A stretch of DNA of 32,000 nt, taken from the NCBI RefSeq assembly GCF_000148385.1, contig NC_014537.1:510001-542000 (forward strand). The letters are read 5' to 3'. The position numbers were made by a program, and so were the translations under genes. The notes beneath the pieces are model-generated. The model was not told the DNA's origin. It searched no databases and was given only the letters and a program-made list of their open reading frames with translations. Source of the stretch: Vulcanisaeta distributa DSM 14429. GTDB lineage: Archaea > Thermoproteota > Thermoprotei > Thermoproteales > Thermocladiaceae. This document shows, piece by piece, positions 17,216 through 25,695 of the stretch; the first letter of the stretch is position 1; every line of letters begins with the position of its first letter.

Positions 17216-18517
17216 TTATTCACCCTTAGCATTAATCCCGAACTCAGTGATTGGAACATCCCTCTCACTCCAGTTACTCATGTCCCTGACCCTAACGACG
17301 CCCTGAGAAACCTCCTTGGGACCCACTATTATGAAGTACCTAACATTCACCTTAGACGCATACTCAAGCGCACTCCTAAGGCTCTTCTCACCCGTATCGA
17401 CAATGACCTTATTACCACGAGCCCTCAAATTAGCGGCTAACCTATAACCAAGCGCTAGGTAATTCCTATCATTACCCAACACGTAAACGTAATAATCAAT
17501 CTGCGGGAAAGCACGCTTAATAGAACCCCTCTGCTCAAGAACCTCCAGCAATCTCTCAATGCCCATGGCGAATCCCGAGGCGGGCATTGGCTTACCACTG
17601 TAGATCTCGATTAAGTTATCATACCTACCACCGCCCCCAACGGATAGTTTATAGTCAGGCACGTACATCTCAAAGACGATGCCCGTGTAGTAATCAAGAC
17701 CCCTCACAATTCCCATGTCCAGGTCCATGTAATTACGCACGCCGTACATATCAAGAAGATCTATTAACTCACTATAGTACTTAATGAACTCATCACTTAC
17801 GCCGAACTCCTTAAAGGAGTCAATGGCCTTATCAATACCCTCACTGGTATTAGCGAGTCTGAGAACCTCCTGTGCAGTATCATTGCTTAACCCAAGGTCC
17901 CTCAACATCCTTAGTATCTCGTCATCGGGCACCTTACCCCTCTTATCCATGACCCTGAGAACACTAGGTTTAAGTTCGTTAGAGATGCCTAGCTTACTCA
18001 GTAATTGGTCGATTATTCTCCTATCGTTTATCCTAACCCTAAAATCACCAATGTTAAGCGCCTTGAGCGCCTCAACACCAACGGTAAGGACCTCGGCATC
18101 AGCCCTAACACTTGAGGAGCCTATGAACTCAATACCAAACTGGTGAAACTCCCTATACCTACCGTGCTGTGGCTCGTCATAACGCCAAACCTTCGTTATG
18201 TAATACCACCTAATGGGCTTTGGCACATCAACCCTGTAGGAGACTACCCTGGCCACTGGCACGGTCATGTCGAACCTAAGCCCAACCTCCCTACCTGCCT
18301 TATCCTTGAAGTAGTAGATCTCGTTAATTACATCCTCACCAGCCTTAGCCTTAAGTATTTCATAGTGCTCCAGGGCTGGCGTCTCAACCCTTAGGTAGCC
18401 GAAGGATTCGGCGACCCTCGCCAACTTATCAAAAACCTGAAGCATTGGGTAGTACTCCTCAGGCGTTAAGTCCTTCATTCCCCTAACAGGTCTAAGGTCC
18501 TTATCGTCAAATACCAC
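17216..18517 (-). CDS. hisS: Histidine--tRNA ligase
   Basis: Class II motifs: RGMKDLTPEE, WRYDEPQHGRYREFHQFG (motif 2) and GGGGRYDNL (HisB), followed by a C-terminal anticodon-binding domain. Confidence 0.92.
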   Translation of the reverse strand: MVFDDKDLRPVRGMKDLTPEEYYPMLQVFDKLARVAESFGYLRVETPALEHYEILKAKAGEDVINEIYYFKDKAGREVGLRFDMTVPVARVVSYRVDVPKPIRWYYITKVWRYDEPQHGRYREFHQFGIEFIGSSSVRADAEVLTVGVEALKALNIGDFRVRINDRRIIDQLLSKLGISNELKPSVLRVMDKRGKVPDDEILRMLRDLGLSNDTAQEVLRLANTSEGIDKAIDSFKEFGVSDEFIKYYSELIDLLDMYGVRNYMDLDMGIVRGLDYYTGIVFEMYVPDYKLSVGGGGRYDNLIEIYSGKPMPASGFAMGIERLLEVLEQRGSIKRAFPQIDYYVYVLGNDRNYLALGYRLAANLRARGNKVIVDTGEKSLRSALEYASKVNVRYFIIVGPKEVSQGVVRVRDMSNWSERDVPITEFGINAKGE

Positions 18518-18562
18518 AAGTCATCGATATAGAGGCTAAATAAAAATTTTCGTATTCATTCC

Positions 18563-19324
18563 TCACAGTGCGGCAAGAATAAGTGTTAACACATTCACGT
18601 GAGTTAACACGTAAACCACGAGACCAAGCGTTATTGGTACTATAAAGGGTATGTGGTATGAAGTCAGTACGGGGGTGCCTATACTGATCTTCCCCTTGGA
18701 AAGCCACTCTATCAGTAACTCCCTGGGATCATCCACATCAAGGCCAAGCCTAATTATTGGTTGAAAGCCATCCTCAGTGAGTACCTGGGATATTGCGTAA
18801 TTATTGGGGTTTCTAAGGACTTTATGAACCGGCACGCACATGAGCGTTAATAAGTAAATTAGCCTATTAAGTCCCTTAACCCTGGCCAAGGCTTCGCAAT
18901 TACTGCCGTACCTAATGTTTTGAATCACGTTGTATGGTATGTACAGTACCAGGGCTATTATCAATGAATTAATCAGTATTGATAATGGCGTAATATTTAT
19001 TATTGTCAATGCGGGGGTCGCCATGGGTAGCGTGGGTATTGAGGCCGATATAAAGGCTATCGACTTAGAATCCGCACCACCCATCGCCCTCAGCCAATAC
19101 ACCGCTAATGCAAATACCGAACCAACAACCACACTAACTATGTATAGAATTAATTGATTAAGCATTATCACTACGTATAGGCCCAGCGGTACGCACATTA
19201 TTGAGCCTATTATCCACGTCCAATCACTGATCTCCCTAGTCCTTAAGTCCTGTATTGATGCTGCGACTTGGACAGCAAGCACCAACAGGTAATCCACCAT
19301 GAGTAATACGTATATGTTTACCAT
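18563..19324 (-). CDS. A24-family aspartic peptidase (prepilin/preflagellin peptidase, PibD/FlaK-like)
   Basis: Polytopic membrane protein with the two catalytic-Asp motifs QDLRTREISD and MGGADSK (G-x-G-D-x-K type). Confidence 0.75.
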   Translation of the reverse strand: MVNIYVLLMVDYLLVLAVQVAASIQDLRTREISDWTWIIGSIMCVPLGLYVVIMLNQLILYIVSVVVGSVFALAVYWLRAMGGADSKSIAFISASIPTLPMATPALTIINITPLSILINSLIIALVLYIPYNVIQNIRYGSNCEALARVKGLNRLIYLLTLMCVPVHKVLRNPNNYAISQVLTEDGFQPIIRLGLDVDDPRELLIEWLSKGKISIGTPVLTSYHIPFIVPITLGLVVYVLTHVNVLTLILAAL

Positions 19325-19424
19325 GGAGTTACGATTAAATCATAATCCTGGTAATTATTAAGGCTAATGTTTGATGAACCAAACAGTGGGTATGTGGGTA
19401 ATAAATTAAAAGGACCCTGGGATT

Positions 19425-20591
19425 ATGATTACTATGTCGAGAAGAGTTGCAATCATTGGGGTTGGTTGGTACGGGTTTAGGCCAGTGGTTGAGGAGGCGT
19501 CGTTTAGGGAAATGATGTTCGAGGCAGCAACCCGCGCGTATGAGGATGCCGGTGGCCTGAACCCAAGGACTGACGTTGACGCCTTCGCCAGTTGCCAGGA
19601 GGATTTTTGGGAGGGCATAGCCATAGCCGATGAGTTTGCGCCAGAGCCTATTGGCGGTACGTTGAAGCCCGTATTCACGACACCGGGTGATGGACTTCAA
19701 TGCGTGGCTAGCGCATACATGTTAATTAAGACTGGGCAGTTTGATATTGTTGTTGCGGAGTCGCATGCAAAGCCTAGTGACATCATTAACATGCACGATG
19801 TCATGCTATTCGCCATGGACCCAATAACGATTAGGGCAATAAACACACCCAATTATCATGCGTTGGCGGCATTGGAGGCCCAGGCCTACATGACGCGTTA
19901 TAACGTGCCACGGGAGGCGCTGGCCTACGTTGTGGTTAAGAATAAGAGGAACGCCCTTTATAACGATAGAGCTAGTTATGGCGCTAACCTAACCATTGAT
20001 GAGGTATTAAATTCGCCATATGCTGTATCACCACTAACAAAACTTGATATCGCGCCATTTGTCGATGCCGCAGTCGTAGTAGTCCTGGCCGGCGAAGACG
20101 TGGCCAGGAGGTACACAGACACCCCCGTGTGGGTTGATGGCATACATTGGATTACTGAGGATCCATCGCTTGAATTCCATAATTGGGAATTTCCGATACA
20201 CGCTATGAAGGCTGCGGAGGTGGCATACAAGATGGCCGGCATTCAGGACCCAATTAAGGAGCTTCACTTTGCTGAAATCGACGCGAGATACAGCTTTAAG
20301 GAGTTGCAATTCATAGAGGCGTTAAAACTAGCCCCAATTGGTGAAGCCCATAAACTACTCCTTGAGGGAGCCTTTGATAGGGATGGCCTATTCCCAGTAA
20401 ATCCGAGCGGTGGTGCGCTTGGCGAGGGAGTTCCGCTCGAGGTTCACGGGCTTGCTAGGCTTGTTGATGCCGTACTTCAACTGAGGGGTGAGGCTGGAAG
20501 AATGCAGTTGAGTAAGGCTGAGAGGGCTGTTATTCATTCATGGCGTGGTGTGCCGACCACCACAAGCGTCGTTGCTGTGTTAAGTAGGTGA
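19425..20591 (+). CDS. Thiolase-fold protein (SCP-x/archaeal thiolase-like) lacking canonical catalytic residues
   Basis: N-terminus RRVAIIGVGWYGF and an NPSGGALG motif. At the C-A-S-G nucleophile site the sequence is P-G-D-G. HDCF is replaced by DARY, and GHP by GVP. The start may be ATG 19434. Confidence 0.8.
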   Translation: MITMSRRVAIIGVGWYGFRPVVEEASFREMMFEAATRAYEDAGGLNPRTDVDAFASCQEDFWEGIAIADEFAPEPIGGTLKPVFTTPGDGLQCVASAYMLIKTGQFDIVVAESHAKPSDIINMHDVMLFAMDPITIRAINTPNYHALAALEAQAYMTRYNVPREALAYVVVKNKRNALYNDRASYGANLTIDEVLNSPYAVSPLTKLDIAPFVDAAVVVVLAGEDVARRYTDTPVWVDGIHWITEDPSLEFHNWEFPIHAMKAAEVAYKMAGIQDPIKELHFAEIDARYSFKELQFIEALKLAPIGEAHKLLLEGAFDRDGLFPVNPSGGALGEGVPLEVHGLARLVDAVLQLRGEAGRMQLSKAERAVIHSWRGVPTTTSVVAVLSR

Positions 20592-20629
20592 TTGGTAATG
20601 CTTAAGAACCAAGCCATGGGTGGTAATTT

Positions 20630-21811
20630 ATGAGTAGGAACATTTACGTAAAGCACAGGCCCGCAGTAATTGGCGCGGGATTAACGTTATTTAGGAGGAG
20701 GATGCTCGAGACACCCAAGGAGCTTGCCTGGATAGCAGCCAAGCAAGCACTTGACGAGGCTGGGCTTACGCTTAAGGACATTGACTGCGTAGTAATAGGT
20801 TCAGCGCCAGACACGTTTGATGGAGTCCACATGAAGGGTGAGTACCTGGCCGATGGGGCTGGTGGTGTTGGTAAACCGACAATGCGCGTTTTCGTTGGTG
20901 GTGCTACTGGCGTTATGGTCCCAATAGCCGCCTGGTGGCACGTGGCCAGTGGGCATTGTAAGACTGTGCTGGCCGTAGCTGAGGAGAAAATGAGCGACGC
21001 GGACATACCACACCCACAGGCAGTCTTTAGGTACATATGGGACCCAGTCACCGAAGTACCACTCCAGCCGAACCTAATTTGGATTTTTGCATTGGAGATG
21101 CATAGGTACATGTATAAGTGCGGTGTTAAGAAGGAGGACATAGCCCTGGTCAGCGTTAAGAATAAGCGTAATGCCCTCGACCACCCAGCGGCTCAGGTGG
21201 CCGCCAACATAACGGTGGATGACGTGCTCAAGAGCGAGGTATTGGTATGGCCCGTCCAATTACTGGACATATCACCAGTGAGCGATGGAGCAGCGGCATT
21301 CGTGGTCGCCAGTGAGGATGTCGCGAGGAGGCAGACAGACACGCCTGTCTGGATTGATGGTGTTGGCTGGGCCCTGGACACGACGTCCTGGACTAACAGG
21401 GATTTGGCATTCCCCGAGTACGCCAATGTGGCTGCCCAAATGGCCTATAGGATGGCTGGAATAACGAACCCGAGGAAGGAGATTGACGTTGCAGAGGTTT
21501 ACGACCCATTCGACTATAAGGAACTACACCATATGGAGGGCCTTGGGCTGGCCAAGAAGTGTGAGGCGTCAAAGCTAACAAAGGAGGGTGTCACCCAAAG
21601 GGATGGTGACTTACCAATAAACCCATCAGGTGGGCTACTCGGTGTCGGCAATCCAATAGCTGCCGCCGGCGTAATGAAGGTAGCCGAAATCTACTGGCAG
21701 TTAGCCGGTAAGGCAGGTAAGAGACAGGTTAAGAAGCCTGTATATACTGGGCTCGCCCATGCCTGGGGCGACCTAATGCAGGCAAGCACAGTAGTAGTAA
21801 TGAGGGTTTGA
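20630..21811 (+). CDS. Thiolase-fold protein, paralog of the upstream gene, also lacking canonical catalytic residues
   Basis: SPVSDGAAAFVV and NPSGGLLG are retained. The nucleophile site reads G-A-T-G instead of C-A-S-G, HDCF is replaced by YDPF, and GHP by GNP. It is colinear with the upstream paralog (e.g. EDVARR-TDTPVW-DG in both). Confidence 0.8.
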   Translation: MSRNIYVKHRPAVIGAGLTLFRRRMLETPKELAWIAAKQALDEAGLTLKDIDCVVIGSAPDTFDGVHMKGEYLADGAGGVGKPTMRVFVGGATGVMVPIAAWWHVASGHCKTVLAVAEEKMSDADIPHPQAVFRYIWDPVTEVPLQPNLIWIFALEMHRYMYKCGVKKEDIALVSVKNKRNALDHPAAQVAANITVDDVLKSEVLVWPVQLLDISPVSDGAAAFVVASEDVARRQTDTPVWIDGVGWALDTTSWTNRDLAFPEYANVAAQMAYRMAGITNPRKEIDVAEVYDPFDYKELHHMEGLGLAKKCEASKLTKEGVTQRDGDLPINPSGGLLGVGNPIAAAGVMKVAEIYWQLAGKAGKRQVKKPVYTGLAHAWGDLMQASTVVVMRV

Positions 21812-21828
21812 TTATCTCAACATGCTAC

Positions 21829-22725
21829 CTATTCATATAATAACTTCCTTTGATTCTCCTTCGTCATTATCTCTATCTCTTCCTTAGTGATGCCGTTTTC
21901 GATTAATTTCTCTACGAACTCTATATAACCCTGTGGAGGTGGTTCATTGTGCGCTTGGCCTAGGTCCGTTGATAGTATATTCTTCTCAATGCCAGTTTCC
22001 CTAATTGCCTTCACAACATCATTTATGCTCACTCTACCCGTGAGTATAGACTCGTAACATCTCTCGAAGTAAACACCGTAATTAACCAGTTCCCTCTGTT
22101 GCTCAATGCTGTACCTAGTCGTTGGGAATTCAGGGTGCGTAATGACTATCTTCTTAACGCCACGTTCCACAGCCCTCTTAATCAACTGCATGCCTTCACT
22201 TGGGCTTAGGTGGCCCGTGGCTAATATCATGTTGAACTCCCTAATTATGTCGAGGATCTCATCAACCTCCGGCCTAATCCTACCATCCTCATCAAATATA
22301 CTTAGGGCATTACCAAGTAATCCCCTATCATGAAGCTCAAGTTGAGCCTTAGCCCATGCCGGTGGGTTGGGCTTACCACGCCAGTTAAGTAATGATGACC
22401 TCTCATTTGCCGAATCAACGGTTGGAAACCAAACAACCTTAGCCCCTGACCTGCCAGCCACATACACAATCCTTGGGTTCAAACCACCAACTGAATTATT
22501 AAGTACGACACCACCAAAGACCTCAATACCATTCACAGCCCTTCTAACTAGGTATGCCCTATCATAGGTTGGTGAATAGTGGTTCTTAATGATAAAACCA
22601 CCAAAGCCATAATCCCTATATAACCTGGCTAAATCAATGTCATCAAGAAGTCTGGGCACAATATCGGGGGCGCTATGAACATGAAAATCAAAGGCGCCCC
22701 TCAATAAATCCCTAGCATTGATCAT
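21829..22725 (-). CDS. Metal-dependent TIM-barrel hydrolase (amidohydrolase/PHP-like, uncharacterised family)
   Basis: N-terminal FDFHVHSAPDIVPR metal-binding motif and IIKNH...VVLNNSVGGLNP. Start re-called to ATG 22725 (MINARDLL) to avoid overlap with the upstream MFS gene, which ends at 22760. Confidence 0.65.
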   Translation of the reverse strand: MINARDLLRGAFDFHVHSAPDIVPRLLDDIDLARLYRDYGFGGFIIKNHYSPTYDRAYLVRRAVNGIEVFGGVVLNNSVGGLNPRIVYVAGRSGAKVVWFPTVDSANERSSLLNWRGKPNPPAWAKAQLELHDRGLLGNALSIFDEDGRIRPEVDEILDIIREFNMILATGHLSPSEGMQLIKRAVERGVKKIVITHPEFPTTRYSIEQQRELVNYGVYFERCYESILTGRVSINDVVKAIRETGIEKNILSTDLGQAHNEPPPQGYIEFVEKLIENGITKEEIEIMTKENQRKLLYE

Positions 22726-22759
22726 AATGCTATTTTTTAGTAAGTAGTTCCCTAAATTT

Positions 22760-24073
22760 TTATTGCTGCTTAAGGACTTCCTCACCCATATATAGCCTTC
22801 CCTTGGTTTCGCCGACCAGTAATGCCATTGCCAATACCAACACTCCGGTGCCTATCATGAAGTATATTGGTGAATATATGTTGTGAGTAGCCGCGATTAA
22901 GTAGGTCATTATCAATGGCGCAGAACCACCAAGGAATCCAACACCTATTTGATAAGCCATTGATATGCCCGTATACCTAACCTGCGGTGGGAACATTTCA
23001 ACCAATACTATCGGCGTTATCGCACCTGCCAGGTAGTAAACGAATAAACCACCAATCACCAGCGCGGTGATGACTAACGCGGGATTACCACTTATGAGCA
23101 TTAAGAAGTATGGTGCTGCGAAGACGATACCGAACACGGCATCAGCAAGCATTTGCGGTCTCCTACCAATTAAGTCCGAAAGATACCCAAAGAATATCGA
23201 TGCGAATATCCCAATTATTGAAACAATGAATATCCCTAACTGCGTCACCACATACGTAACGTATGGTTTACCGAACTCCTTAGCTATTGTTGTTGCATAA
23301 GCTATTGAGAAGGCATAATTCATGTAATACCAAATACCGTTAAAGACACCGACAAGGAATAAACCAATTAATATCAACTTCCAGTATTTCTTCACGGCCT
23401 CCAATAATGGGCTCTTAACAATTTGACCCCTGCTTTGTAATTGCTTAAATACTGGCGAATCCTCAACCCTAAGCCTAACAAAGACACCTAATATTGCAAT
23501 TATAAAGCCTATGCCAAATAATATCCTCCAACCAATTGCCTTAAAGCCCGTGGAACCCAATATAGATGTTAACAGTAATGTTAAACCACTTATTAATAAC
23601 GATGCAATTGATACCGTTGACTGAAGAATACCCGAGTAAAGGCCCCTTCTATTTGGATTTATATACTCCGAAGTTAATGAGAATGAACCACCCCACTCAC
23701 CACCAAGTGCAACACCGTCTAAGAACCTCATTGCCGCAAGTATTATTGGAGCCACAATACCTATTTGATAGTAAGTTGGTAAGACCGCAACCACGAGCGA
23801 GGCTACACCAGCAAATAATAATGTGAAATAGAGAGCATAGATCCTACCGAGCCTATCACCGATATGACCAAAAATGATACCACCAAGTGGCCTACCTAAA
23901 AAGCCTATTAGAAAAACTAGATAGTATAATAGGAGAGATAACACGGCCACCTTTGATGGGAAGAATAACTCCGCTATGATGGGTCCTAATAAACTATAAA
24001 GGAAGAAATCATACCATTCAAATCCAATACCTATACTCGTGCTTATTATTGCGAGTGTTCTCATTGATACCAT
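22760..24073 (-). CDS. MFS transporter, metabolite:H+ symporter (MHS) type
   Basis: About 12 TM segments. The loop 2-3 motif GGIIFGHIGDRLGR is typical of ProP/KgtP-like MHS carriers. Confidence 0.85.
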   Translation of the reverse strand: MVSMRTLAIISTSIGIGFEWYDFFLYSLLGPIIAELFFPSKVAVLSLLLYYLVFLIGFLGRPLGGIIFGHIGDRLGRIYALYFTLLFAGVASLVVAVLPTYYQIGIVAPIILAAMRFLDGVALGGEWGGSFSLTSEYINPNRRGLYSGILQSTVSIASLLISGLTLLLTSILGSTGFKAIGWRILFGIGFIIAILGVFVRLRVEDSPVFKQLQSRGQIVKSPLLEAVKKYWKLILIGLFLVGVFNGIWYYMNYAFSIAYATTIAKEFGKPYVTYVVTQLGIFIVSIIGIFASIFFGYLSDLIGRRPQMLADAVFGIVFAAPYFLMLISGNPALVITALVIGGLFVYYLAGAITPIVLVEMFPPQVRYTGISMAYQIGVGFLGGSAPLIMTYLIAATHNIYSPIYFMIGTGVLVLAMALLVGETKGRLYMGEEVLKQQ

Positions 24074-24184
24074 ATTTAATCAAGCTAATATTTTATATAG
24101 TTCTATTTTTAAGTTTTTACTCATCATTTTTATATAAATTATAAAGCTGAAAGCTTAAATAATTCATGATAAGGTATAAGATTA

Positions 24185-24910
24185 ATGGCTTGGTTTAAGA
24201 TCGGCGTAATAATTCCATCATCGAATACCACCGTTGAGCGTGAATTTAGCCGTGTAATTAAGGAGCCGGAGATCACTATACATAGTTCCAGGATCACACT
24301 GAGGGAGGTTACGTTGAAGGGCCTTGAGGAGATGGAGAAGGAGACCGAGAGAGCTGCCATGGAGTTAAGTACTATTAACCCAGATATTATTGCCTATGCA
24401 TGTACAACAGGTAGTCTGTTTAAGGGTCCAAATCATCATGTTGAGATTAAGGAAAGAATTGAACGCTTAACCAAAGTTAGGGCTGTGGCCACGGCTGGTG
24501 CGGTTATTGACGCCCTTAAGAAGTTAGGCGCCAATAAGGTGTTGGTTGTTACACCGTATATAGATGAGTTAAATGTTAAGGAGAGGGATTTTCTTGAGGC
24601 TCATGGGTTTAAGGTTGTTAATATACGTGGGCTCGGTATTGTGGATAACACAGTGATTGGTTCGCTTGACCCAAGGACTGCCTATGAAGCTGCCTTAAGC
24701 GCGTATAATCAATTTGGTTCAGACTTCGATGTATTATTTATATCATGCACTAATTGGAGAACATTCGAGGTTATTAGCGCTATTGAAAGGCGAATAAATA
24801 AACCCGTAGTAAGTAGTAATAGTGCAACATTATGGTCAGTTTTAAAGGAGTTGGGGGTACGTGTAAAGTTAAATTATGATTTAGGAATGTTATTTAGTGA
24901 TGTCCAGTAG
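24185..24910 (+). CDS. Asp/Glu/hydantoin-racemase-fold enzyme (maleate isomerase / arylmalonate decarboxylase-like), two-Cys type
   Basis: IGVIIPSSNTTVEREF N-terminus. Two candidate catalytic Cys residues in YACTTGS and FISCTNW. Confidence 0.75.
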   Translation: MAWFKIGVIIPSSNTTVEREFSRVIKEPEITIHSSRITLREVTLKGLEEMEKETERAAMELSTINPDIIAYACTTGSLFKGPNHHVEIKERIERLTKVRAVATAGAVIDALKKLGANKVLVVTPYIDELNVKERDFLEAHGFKVVNIRGLGIVDNTVIGSLDPRTAYEAALSAYNQFGSDFDVLFISCTNWRTFEVISAIERRINKPVVSSNSATLWSVLKELGVRVKLNYDLGMLFSDVQ

Positions 24911-24918
24911 CTACTTAA

Positions 24919-25617
24919 TTATTCATTAACAATTGTTAATTTTACATGTCCTCTTAAGGTTAATTGAAAATTAAAAGGCTCATCCATAAGTGGCTTTATT
25001 GAATTGCCTTCAACAATAAAGGGAATGTCATGGCCTGGAATTATCACCTTAGCAATACTTAGGGCTCTCGTAATGCTTTCATTAGCTAATTCACCGTTGT
25101 AATAGGTGAATGATGCCCTTCTATTTACCGCCTCAGACATATACTTAATGGCGTCACCTGCGAGTAATACCTTATCCTTAAGTAGAAGCCCCATGGTCCC
25201 ACCCGTGTGCCCAGGAAGTAATATGAAATTTGCTCCGAGGAATTCTTCGTTATCCTTCACAGTAATTAATCTATCTTTAATCAGATCAATTAAGTATGTC
25301 ACTAGGTATGGGTCATTAGGATTAGATTGTGCATAATATATTTCATCCCTTGAAATTATGATCTTTGCCCTAGGAAATAATAATGCATTTATAGCATGGT
25401 CAAAGTGAAGATGAGATAGCACGACATAGTCAATATCATTAACGCCCAATCCCCTATTACGAAGTGCAGAAAGTAATGGTTCTTTATTTCCATAATGCCC
25501 AGGGTCAAATATCACGTACTTATCATCAATCCTTATTAAAACAACATTGCAAAGACCTAAAAATCCTAGGTTTGTAGTTATGGGCATACCTGGCAACAAT
25601 ATTTCCCACTTATTCAT
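24919..25617 (-). CDS. MBL-fold metallo-hydrolase (AiiA/lactonase-like motif)
   Basis: H-x-H-x-D-H motif in VVLSHLHFDHA, followed by a downstream LPGHTGG His and a later Asp (AGDAI). Confidence 0.8.
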   Translation of the reverse strand: MNKWEILLPGMPITTNLGFLGLCNVVLIRIDDKYVIFDPGHYGNKEPLLSALRNRGLGVNDIDYVVLSHLHFDHAINALLFPRAKIIISRDEIYYAQSNPNDPYLVTYLIDLIKDRLITVKDNEEFLGANFILLPGHTGGTMGLLLKDKVLLAGDAIKYMSEAVNRRASFTYYNGELANESITRALSIAKVIIPGHDIPFIVEGNSIKPLMDEPFNFQLTLRGHVKLTIVNE

Positions 25618-25695
25618 AGCTCAATCAGCGGTAATTACATCTTTATAGTAAAAATATAAAAATAACGTAATTTTGCATATTTACCGTGACAGCCG

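Noticed and set aside
17051-18394. Plus-strand ORFs (17051-17440, 17587-17784, 17784-18146, 18143-18394) opposite hisS/DUF151
   Set aside because: They are antisense to unambiguous genes, and their Ser/Leu/Pro-rich composition is characteristic of reverse-frame artefacts.
19335-19700. Minus-strand ORFs 19335-19700 and 19406-19678 spanning the promoter and 5' end of the first thiolase-like gene
   Set aside because: I checked whether one could be the missing DUF35 partner. There is no Zn-ribbon CxxC pair or OB-like pattern, and they overlap the thiolase N-terminus in antisense.
20644-21581. Several minus-strand ORFs (20644-21141, 20801-21013, 21074-21259, 21193-21426, 21393-21581) inside the second thiolase-like gene
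   Set aside because: They are mutually overlapping antisense frames in a relatively GC-rich gene and show no domain signal.
24074-24184. AUGAUGA on the minus strand (around 24123-24129) and an AAGCT-GAA-AGCTT hairpin in the divergent spacer
   Set aside because: No D box follows the C-like box. The 5-bp hairpin is too short to mean much. The region is adequately explained by two divergent TATA promoters.
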